Shown here piece after piece: positions 34,084 through 41,562 of a stretch of DNA of 41,562 bases. Position 1 is the first letter of the stretch, and the number at the start of each line of letters is the position of its first letter. Where the stretch lies: the sequence record SRR2962707_3459. One strand, given 5' to 3'. The notes under the pieces were generated by a model that worked only from the letters and a program-made list of their open reading frames with translations, did no database searches and was not told the DNA's origin. The translations under genes were made by a program, and so were the position numbers.

Positions 34084-35151
34084 ATGTTTAAGATAGTCGA
34101 CACCTTAATAAAACGTTATTTGTCAAATGAAGAAGTGGTGGTGTTTTTATTGCTGCTTGCTGGCACTTTGGTTGTCTTGGCTTTTTGGGGTGGGATCTTA
34201 GCGCCTGTGTTGATTGCGGTTGTGCTTGCGTTTCTACTGCAAGGCTTGGTGGACCGTCTGCAAAAAATAGGCATAGGTCACACCACGTCTGTGTTGTTTG
34301 TTTTTCTCACCTTTTTAGCGTGTTGCGCGGCCTTTATCGGCATCATGGTGCCTATTATTTGGCAGCAAGCGGTGCGTTTCATTAATGACTTACCTCGAAT
34401 GATTACCGGGATTCAAGGAGGGATTGAGCATTTCGCCCAAGGCCACTCTGAATTGGTAAGTCAAAGCGCGGTAGACGAAGTGGTGAATACCCTGGCGACC
34501 GAGTTTACGAACCTTGGTCAATGGCTGGTTTCTTATTCCATTGCCAGCATACCCTCGATCTTTTCTTTGATGATTTATTTGGTGTTGGTGCCTTTAGTGA
34601 TGTTTTTCTTATTGAAGGATCAAAAAAGCATTTTGGCGTATCTGACGTCCTGGTTGCCGCAAGAACGCATGATGATGCGTAATATTGCCCATGAAATGAA
34701 TGAGCAAATTGCCAATTATATCCGTGGTAAAGTCATTGAGATGCTGGTGGTCGGCATTGTTTCTTATATTGTGTTTGCGGTAATGGGCTTGCGATATGCG
34801 GAGTTGTTAGCGCTATTGGTGGGCTTATCTGTGCTGATTCCCTATATTGGTGCCGCCGCAGTGACTATCCCTGTGGTATTGGTGGCGTTTTATCAATACG
34901 GCACTGGCAGTGATTTCATTTACCTTGTGGTGGCGTATTTGGTGGTTCAGGGGCTAGACGGTAATGTGTTGGTTCCTTTGTTATTCTCTGAAGCGGTAAA
35001 TTTGCACCCTGTGGCGATTATCGTTGCCGTGTTATTTTTTGGCGGCATCTGGGGTTTTTGGGGAATATTTTTTGCCATTCCTTTGGCCACATTGGTGAAA
35101 GCCATTATTAATGCATGGCCACGACAGGATCGTTTGCCGACCCTTGAATAG
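34084..35151 (+). CDS. AI-2E family transporter (PerM-like)
   Basis: Multiple TM segments, YIRGK, LIPYIG, DGNVLVPLLFSEAVNLHP. Confidence 0.92.
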   Translation: MFKIVDTLIKRYLSNEEVVVFLLLLAGTLVVLAFWGGILAPVLIAVVLAFLLQGLVDRLQKIGIGHTTSVLFVFLTFLACCAAFIGIMVPIIWQQAVRFINDLPRMITGIQGGIEHFAQGHSELVSQSAVDEVVNTLATEFTNLGQWLVSYSIASIPSIFSLMIYLVLVPLVMFFLLKDQKSILAYLTSWLPQERMMMRNIAHEMNEQIANYIRGKVIEMLVVGIVSYIVFAVMGLRYAELLALLVGLSVLIPYIGAAAVTIPVVLVAFYQYGTGSDFIYLVVAYLVVQGLDGNVLVPLLFSEAVNLHPVAIIVAVLFFGGIWGFWGIFFAIPLATLVKAIINAWPRQDRLPTLE

Positions 35152-35190
35152 ATCAATATTGCCATTCAAGAAAATACGGCGAGCAATAAG

Positions 35191-35225
35191 AAAGGCCCTA
35201 ATCACACAGATTAGGGCCTTTTTTT
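35191..35225. terminator. Bidirectional intrinsic terminator
   Basis: AAAGGCCCTAATC-ACACA-GATTAGGGCCTTTTTTT between convergent genes. Confidence 0.88.
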
Positions 35226-35241
35226 GGTCTTCTATTGAGAC

Positions 35242-36867
35242 TTATTTTATAACGCGTGCTAGCAATACACTGAAAGGTGGCAAAATGACCTGTTGATTTT
35301 TTAGGTAACCTGCAGGCAGTGCTTCCGCCAAAACAAGTGGGCTAAGCGAGAGTTCAGGGACAAGGATTTTGGTCTGCTCTGAGGTATTGATCGCAATATA
35401 AAGCGAGTCGTCTTGATAGGTGCGGGTGAAGGCGAGGGTGGTTTCATCATCATACAAAAAGGCGATGTCGCCATGAATCAACTCAGGATGGGCGTGGCGC
35501 AAGTGTAAAAAATCACGATATGCATGCAGCACCGAAGAGCGGTCGCCTTCTTGCTCAGCGACGGCCAATGGCAAGTGACGAGAGTCGATGGGCAGCCAAG
35601 TCTGTGTGGATTGAGAAAAGCCACCATCTTGTGTGTTTTCCCAAGGCATTGGGGTTCGACAGCCGTCTCGCCCCTTGAATTCTGGCCAAAAGTTAATGCC
35701 ATAAGGGTCAACCAGTTGGTCGTATTCTAGCTCGGCTTCGGGCAACCCAAGCTCTTCACCTTGATACAAGCAAATACTGCCACGCAATGACAGCAGCATC
35801 ACCATAAAAGCTTTGCTTTTGTTGGCGCAACTGTGATCTCCGCCCCAGCGAGTGGCAACGCGCTCTACGTCGTGATTGCCGATTGACCAGCATGGCCAGC
35901 CATCGCCAAGGCCAGCTTCTATGCTTTCCATGGTGTGTCGGATGTGACGCATTGAGGCGTCGTGAGTCAATAGGTCAAAGGAATAACACATATGAAGCTT
36001 GTCATTGCCTTGGGTGTATTGCGCCATGGTTTCTAACGAGAAATCACAACCCACTTCGCCTACGGTCGTGGTATTGGGGTATTTGTCCAATAGGGCGCGC
36101 AGTTGTTGCAAAAAGGCAATGTTTTCAGGTTGTGACTTATCATACAGGTGTTGTTGATAGGCGTAGGGGTTGTCGAGGCGAACACCAATGCCGCCTTCTA
36201 CAACGTGTTCTTTTGCTGGGTTGTCTTTAAGCTCAACATCATGGAAAAAGTAGTTTGAGGTATCAAGACGGAAGCCATCGACGCCACGCTGTAGCCAAAA
36301 ATCGACGGTATCTAATAACGTGCTAACAACGTCTGGGTTGTGGAAGTTGAGATCGGGCTGACTGTCTAAGAAGTTGTGCAAATAGTATTGCTTACGGCGA
36401 CTGTCCCATTGCCACGCTGGACCACCAAAGACCGACAGCCAATTGTTCGGCACTGTGCCATCTGGTTTGGCGTCTGCCCAAATATACCAATCTGATTTGT
36501 CGTTATCGTGGCTTTGACGGGACTCTTCAAACCAAGGGTGTTTGTCAGACGTATGATTAAGGACTTGGTCGATAATGACTTTCAAACCGTGTTGATGAGC
36601 GGCACCAATAAGAGAGTCAAAATCCGCGAGGGTGCCAAAAATAGGGTCAACATCGCAATAATTCGAAACGTCGTAGCCAAAGTCTTTCATTGGAGAGGTG
36701 AAGAAGGGCGACAGCCAAATAGCGTCGACTCCCAGAGAGGCGATGTAGCCCATTTTTTCGGTAACCCCAGGCAAATCCCCAATGCCATCATTATTGGCAT
36801 CATAAAAACTACGAGGATACACTTGATAAATGACGGCGCCGCGCCACCAATCCAAATTGTTTTTCAT
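35242..36867 (-). CDS. GH13 alpha-glucosidase
   Basis: WWRGAVIYQVYPRSF, DFGYDVS, VLNHTSD, GFRLD, VGEV, NHDV, GRDGCRTPMPW; ATG 36867 after GAGG. Confidence 0.93.
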   Translation of the reverse strand: MKNNLDWWRGAVIYQVYPRSFYDANNDGIGDLPGVTEKMGYIASLGVDAIWLSPFFTSPMKDFGYDVSNYCDVDPIFGTLADFDSLIGAAHQHGLKVIIDQVLNHTSDKHPWFEESRQSHDNDKSDWYIWADAKPDGTVPNNWLSVFGGPAWQWDSRRKQYYLHNFLDSQPDLNFHNPDVVSTLLDTVDFWLQRGVDGFRLDTSNYFFHDVELKDNPAKEHVVEGGIGVRLDNPYAYQQHLYDKSQPENIAFLQQLRALLDKYPNTTTVGEVGCDFSLETMAQYTQGNDKLHMCYSFDLLTHDASMRHIRHTMESIEAGLGDGWPCWSIGNHDVERVATRWGGDHSCANKSKAFMVMLLSLRGSICLYQGEELGLPEAELEYDQLVDPYGINFWPEFKGRDGCRTPMPWENTQDGGFSQSTQTWLPIDSRHLPLAVAEQEGDRSSVLHAYRDFLHLRHAHPELIHGDIAFLYDDETTLAFTRTYQDDSLYIAINTSEQTKILVPELSLSPLVLAEALPAGYLKNQQVILPPFSVLLARVIK

Positions 36868-37030
36868 ATTGACCTCATTTAAAGTAAAGCTAGCTAAATA
36901 ATATGATGGTACATTCTTACTTTGATGCAAGGTTTTATGCACGACCAGTGCCTAAACCGAATAATTCTATGGTCTTTTTTAATACGCTTTTTCTGTTGCC
37001 TTGCTAGAGCAGAGTAAGCGGTTCACTGGA

Positions 37031-38191
37031 ATGATTATGTTCGCTGCTAACGCCCGCTCAATTGCGTGGCCATTGTTTGGTTTCTACTTCTTTTTTTGTT
37101 GTCTTATTGGCGTCATGATGCCCTATATTTCGATTTACTATAAGTCGATTGGGCTCAGTGCCTCAGAAATAGGCCGATTAATGTCGACATTTACATTGTC
37201 TGGCATCTTGGTTCCACATTTTTGGGGGTGGTTGACGGCCAAAGTCGGCCTGCCTAAAAAAGTACTGCAACTGGCGGTATTGGGTTGTTTTCTTTGTCTT
37301 ATTCCTTTTAATTGGAGCAATCAATTTGAGTCGTTGTGGCTATTAACGTGTGCCATGGCGTTATTTTATTCCGCTTTGATTCCGATGACAGACGCATTGG
37401 CGGTGCGCAGTATTCGCAATTTAAATGTGCCTTATACGCGATTGCGGGTCGGCGGTTCTATTGGTTATGTTATCGCGGTCGCCAGTACGGGTTTTTTGAT
37501 CGGGCATTTTGGCCCCTCTATTGTCATTCCGGTTATGTGCAGTTATTTGCTGCTGGCCTTACTCACCACCTTTTTTATTAAAGAACAGGCGTATGACGTC
37601 AGCCCGCAAAAAGAAAGTGCGTCTTTTGTGTCTTTATTGCGGGCGAAAGAATCTATTTTGTTTTTTGTGTTGGCGTTTTTGTCTTTTATGTCTCACGCGC
37701 CTTTTAATGTGTTTTTTGCGGTTCACCTAGAAAGTGTGGGTTACACCGGACAGCAAATTGGTTTGTTGATTGCTTTGGGCGTCATCATGGAGATTGTGCT
37801 GTTTTTGTTTGGTGGCAACCTGGTGAGGAAGTTTCACTTATTTCACATCATGCTGTTGTGTTTTGTGTGTGGTGCGATTCGTTGGTTTTTGGTGGGGTGG
37901 TTTGCTGAGATTCTTTGGGTTCTGGTACTGACGCAAATGCTTCATTGCATTACTTTTGCGTTGTTTCATATGGTGTCTATTGAACGTGTACGACGACTTT
38001 TCCCTGAACGTTATGCCAGCCAAGGCCAAGCCATGTACAGTGCGTTTGCGATTGGTCTTGGTGGCGGGCTTGGTATGGTTGGGGCTGGCTATTTATGGGA
38101 ATGGGTAGGGGATACTTGGGTCTTTACGATAGCCGCAAGCATCAGTGTGCTGGCGTTGGTTATTCTGTGGGGGAGTCAGCATCTACGTTGA
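37031..38191 (+). CDS. MFS transporter (MFS_1-like/HcaT-like)
   Basis: About 12 hydrophobic segments, YTRLRVGGSIGY, QGQAMYS. Confidence 0.88.
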   Translation: MIMFAANARSIAWPLFGFYFFFCCLIGVMMPYISIYYKSIGLSASEIGRLMSTFTLSGILVPHFWGWLTAKVGLPKKVLQLAVLGCFLCLIPFNWSNQFESLWLLTCAMALFYSALIPMTDALAVRSIRNLNVPYTRLRVGGSIGYVIAVASTGFLIGHFGPSIVIPVMCSYLLLALLTTFFIKEQAYDVSPQKESASFVSLLRAKESILFFVLAFLSFMSHAPFNVFFAVHLESVGYTGQQIGLLIALGVIMEIVLFLFGGNLVRKFHLFHIMLLCFVCGAIRWFLVGWFAEILWVLVLTQMLHCITFALFHMVSIERVRRLFPERYASQGQAMYSAFAIGLGGGLGMVGAGYLWEWVGDTWVFTIAASISVLALVILWGSQHLR

Positions 38192-39062
38192 GGCTTTCGG
38201 TTTGCAGTAACTCAATAAACGCCAGTGCAGCGCGGCTTAATGTTCTTTGTTTGTGATGGATGATCCCCAGTCGTCTTTCCACGTTCAGGTCAGGGTGGTT
38301 GAGCACAATTAGCTTGTCGTCTACTAAGGTGGAAGGCAGTAATGACCACCCCCAGCCGATGCTAACCAGCATGGCTAAGGTTTCTAGGTGGTTGGTGTTC
38401 ATTCTGACTTGCGGTTTAAGGCCTTGCTTACCAAAGACTTGCTCGGCAATTTGTCGCGTGAAGGTGTTTTCATTGGGCAATACGCAAGGGTGGTTTGCGA
38501 GCTCGGCCAAATCTAGGTTCTTCACTTTTGCTAAAGGATGGTCGCGGCTGACGACGCACGTTAATGGGTCAGACCAAATTGGAATGGACTCCATTAAATG
38601 GTCGTCTTTATTCGACAAGGTAATAATGCCAATTTCCACCTCCCCCCTTAATACCTGCTGATACGCTTCTTCAGATTGCGTAAAGTCAATGTCGAGCTTT
38701 GCTTGTGGGTAGCGCACCTGAAATTTCTTCAAAATGGTTGGCAATCGTCTTAGCCCAATATGGTGGCTGGTGGCCAATCTCAATTCACCACTTACGTCGT
38801 CCATTTGCAGCGTCATGCTGTGCTGGATGTCTTTCAAATCGTCGGCGATTTTTTTGGCTTTAGGCAATAGGCGAGTGCCGGCTTCGGTTAAGATAATTTG
38901 TCGGCCAATACGATCAAACAGTTTAACCCCAAGGGTGCTTTCTAACGCCGCTATCCGTTTGCTAATCGCAGGTTGTGTGACAAAAAGGCGCAATGCCGCT
39001 TCTGAAAATGATTTCGTTTCAGCCACTTTTATAAAGGTGAGTAGTTCTGCAATGTCCATCAT
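38160..39062 (-). CDS. LysR family transcriptional regulator divergent from leuCDB
   Basis: SFSEAA.RLFVTQPAISKRIAALE helix-turn-helix; LATSHHIG substrate-binding domain; 3' end overlaps the MFS gene by 32 bp. Confidence 0.93.
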   Translation of the reverse strand: MMDIAELLTFIKVAETKSFSEAALRLFVTQPAISKRIAALESTLGVKLFDRIGRQIILTEAGTRLLPKAKKIADDLKDIQHSMTLQMDDVSGELRLATSHHIGLRRLPTILKKFQVRYPQAKLDIDFTQSEEAYQQVLRGEVEIGIITLSNKDDHLMESIPIWSDPLTCVVSRDHPLAKVKNLDLAELANHPCVLPNENTFTRQIAEQVFGKQGLKPQVRMNTNHLETLAMLVSIGWGWSLLPSTLVDDKLIVLNHPDLNVERRLGIIHHKQRTLSRAALAFIELLQTESLNVDADSPTE

Positions 39063-39155
39063 TCCAAAAAATTATCCAAAACATGAAAAATATGAATTTG
39101 AGTAATTTAAGCGAAAGTTTTAGGATAGCGCAATAGGTTATTTAGGAGAGAAGCT

Positions 39156-40583
39156 ATGTTAGGTAAAACCCTTTACGACAAGTTGTGGGACAGCCACCTT
39201 GTTCAGCAACGCGATGATGGTAGTGCATTGATTTATATCGATTTGCAATTGCTTCACGAAGTTACTTCACCACAAGCGTTTGAAGGCCTAAGACTAGCTG
39301 GTCGCAAGCCTTGGCGAGTGTCGTCAAGCCTTGCTACACCAGACCATAACGTACCGACAACGCAAAAAGAACGTGTTGACGGCGTGAATGGCATTGAAGA
39401 CCCAGTGTCTAAAATCCAAGTAACAACTTTGGATGATAACTGCAATGAATTTGGTATCACCGAATTCAATATGAAAGACATTCGCCAAGGAATCGTGCAC
39501 GTTGTTGGGCCAGAGCAAGGTGCAACGCTTCCTGGAATGACGGTAGTGTGTGGGGATTCTCACACCTCAACGCACGGTGCTTTTGGTGCGTTAGCTCACG
39601 GTATTGGTACTTCTGAGGTTGAGCATGTATTGGCCACTCAGTGTTTGGTACAAAAGAAAAGCCGCAACATGTTGGTGCGAGTCGATGGTGAATTGTCACC
39701 TTGGGTATCCGCAAAAGACGTAGTGTTGGCCATCATCGGAGCAATTGGTACCGCTGGCGGCACCGGTTATGCCATTGAGTTTGGCGGCACGGGCATTCAG
39801 TCTTTGTCGATGGAAGGTCGTATGACCGTCTGTAATATGGCGATTGAAGCGGGTGCACGAGTGGGCTTGATCGCCGTGGATGACACAACGATCGACTACG
39901 TTAAAGGCCGTCCTTACGCACCAAAAGGCGCGCATTGGGACATGGCGGTAGAAGCTTGGCGTGACTTGGTGTCCGATAAAGACGCTCAGTTTGATGAAGT
40001 AGTGGTATTAAAGTCAGAAGACATCAAACCACAAGTCACTTGGGGAACCTCGCCTGAGATGGTGGTTGCGATTGATGAACCGATTCCTCGCGCGGAAGAT
40101 CAAACGGACCCTGTGAAAAAAGAAGGCTACGCTCGTGCTTGGAAATACATGGGGCTTGAAGGCAAAACGACCTTGGCTGATGTGACTCTGGATCGTGTTT
40201 TTATTGGCTCTTGTACGAACTCGCGAATTGAAGATCTACGCATTGCAGCAGACGTAGTGAAAGGTCGTAAAGTAGCGTCTAGCTTGAAGCAGGCGATCGT
40301 AGTACCGGGTTCTGGCTTGGTAAAAGCGCAAGCAGAAAAAGAAGGCTTACATACTATTTTTGAAGCCGCTGGCTTGGAATGGCGTGAGCCAGGTTGTTCT
40401 ATGTGTTTGGCAATGAACGCGGATAAATTAGGCGCAGGTGAACATTGTGCGTCTACCTCAAACCGTAACTTCGAAGGACGTCAAGGTTTTGGCGGACGTA
40501 CTCACTTGGTGAGCCCTGCAATGGCAGCGGCGGCGGCAATTGCCGGTCACTTTGTTGATGTAAGCGAGTTTGTTAAACACTAG
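39156..40583 (+). CDS. leuC: 3-isopropylmalate dehydratase large subunit
   Basis: [42 protein letters not shown]. Confidence 0.98.
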   Translation: MLGKTLYDKLWDSHLVQQRDDGSALIYIDLQLLHEVTSPQAFEGLRLAGRKPWRVSSSLATPDHNVPTTQKERVDGVNGIEDPVSKIQVTTLDDNCNEFGITEFNMKDIRQGIVHVVGPEQGATLPGMTVVCGDSHTSTHGAFGALAHGIGTSEVEHVLATQCLVQKKSRNMLVRVDGELSPWVSAKDVVLAIIGAIGTAGGTGYAIEFGGTGIQSLSMEGRMTVCNMAIEAGARVGLIAVDDTTIDYVKGRPYAPKGAHWDMAVEAWRDLVSDKDAQFDEVVVLKSEDIKPQVTWGTSPEMVVAIDEPIPRAEDQTDPVKKEGYARAWKYMGLEGKTTLADVTLDRVFIGSCTNSRIEDLRIAADVVKGRKVASSLKQAIVVPGSGLVKAQAEKEGLHTIFEAAGLEWREPGCSMCLAMNADKLGAGEHCASTSNRNFEGRQGFGGRTHLVSPAMAAAAAIAGHFVDVSEFVKH

Positions 40584-40608
40584 GATTTCTCTCTAGAAGA
40601 GAAGGAGA

Positions 40609-41265
40609 ATGTATATGCGTCCTTTTACGAAACACACAGGGTTAGCCGCGCCTTTGGATTTGGCCAACGTTGACACTGACATGATCATTCCAAAGCAGTT
40701 CTTGAAATCCATCAAGCGTACTGGTTTTGGCAAAAATTTATTTGATGAACTTCGCTATGAAGACGAAGGTCAGCCTGACCAAGAATGCACTGGTCGCCCT
40801 GTTCGTGAAGATTTTGTGTTGAATATGCCACGTTACCAAGGGGCAAGTGTGTTGTTAGCACGCCAAAACTTTGGTTGTGGTTCGAGCCGAGAACACGCGC
40901 CTTGGGCATTAGACGATTACGGTTTTCGTTCTGTGATCGCGCCAAGTTTTGCGGATATTTTTTACAATAACTGTTTTAAAAATGGCTTGTTGCCAATTGT
41001 CTTGGCGCCAGAAGAAGTGGATCAACTTTTTGCTGAAGTGGCTGCAAAAGAAGGCGCTGAAGTGGTTGTTGATCTTGAGGCTCAAACGGTAACATCGCCA
41101 TCGGGTGAGGTGTTTGAGTTTTTGGTTGATACCTTCCGTAAGCATTGCTTATTGAATGGTTTGGACGATATCGGCCTGACGCTTCAGCAAGAAGACAGCA
41201 TCCATCGTTTTGAAGAGAAACGCATGGCGGCAGCGCCTTGGTTGTTTTTGTCTCGCGAACAATAG
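40609..41265 (+). CDS. leuD: 3-isopropylmalate dehydratase small subunit
   Basis: [37 protein letters not shown]; start may be 40615. Confidence 0.98.
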   Translation: MYMRPFTKHTGLAAPLDLANVDTDMIIPKQFLKSIKRTGFGKNLFDELRYEDEGQPDQECTGRPVREDFVLNMPRYQGASVLLARQNFGCGSSREHAPWALDDYGFRSVIAPSFADIFYNNCFKNGLLPIVLAPEEVDQLFAEVAAKEGAEVVVDLEAQTVTSPSGEVFEFLVDTFRKHCLLNGLDDIGLTLQQEDSIHRFEEKRMAAAPWLFLSREQ

Positions 41266-41376
41266 TATTTATGCGCCGAGTATTTATCGGCAAGCGTTAT
41301 CGACATCAATTTACGCCACAGAGTTTAGTGTTATCTAGCCTGTGGCGTTACTGTAAAAAGAATGAAGGATTAAGTA

Positions 41377-41562
41377 ATGTCTAAAAATGTATTGGTATTG
41401 CCAGGTGACGGTATTGGTCCTGAAATCGTAGCCCAGGCGGTGCGTGTTCTTGATTTGGTAAACACTCAATTTAATTTGGGCATCACTCACGAGAGTGCTT
41501 TAGTGGGTGGTTCTGCATACGACGAGACAGGTTCACCTTTGCCTGAAGCGACATTGACGAAA
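41377..41562 (+). CDS. leuB: 3-isopropylmalate dehydrogenase, 5' part (runs off the window)
   Basis: My translation [18 protein letters not shown]...[28 protein letters not shown]; follows leuCD. Confidence 0.95.
   Translation, partial: MSKNVLVLPGDGIGPEIVAQAVRVLDLVNTQFNLGITHESALVGGSAYDETGSPLPEATLTK

Noticed and set aside
38160-38191. 32-bp convergent overlap of the MFS and LysR genes as antisense regulation
   Set aside because: Short 3' overlaps are common and nothing else supports a regulatory role

Overview
Chromosomal window of a marine gammaproteobacterium; gene order and protein style suggest Marinomonas/Oceanospirillales (inference). Most of it is housekeeping: trhO(3' end)-dnaX-ybaB-recR-rnd-ycgL-ycgN-VWA protein-yafJ-like, cysK, hrpA-mlaA, racemase, sugar O-acetyltransferase, dusA-tal, trmJ, moaCDE, bepA/tusA-like/perM-like, a GH13 alpha-glucosidase, an MFS transporter and LysR-leuCDB. 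Two accessory zones stand out. Zone 1 (about 18.2-23 kb, upstream of dusA) holds a probable decayed dusA-associated integrase stub, a LexA-boxed umuDC operon, a start-less LRAT/NlpC-P60 (NCEHF) gene fragment missed by the ORF track, two small lipoproteins, and a second LexA-boxed orphan umuD paralogue. That paralogue keeps the Ser-Lys catalytic dyad but has lost the Ala-Gly autocleavage site. Zone 2 (about 29-32.4 kb) holds an intact tyrosine recombinase divergent from three paralogous small secreted helical proteins; two of them share an identical 18-bp box and an extended -10 element at identical spacing from their start codons.
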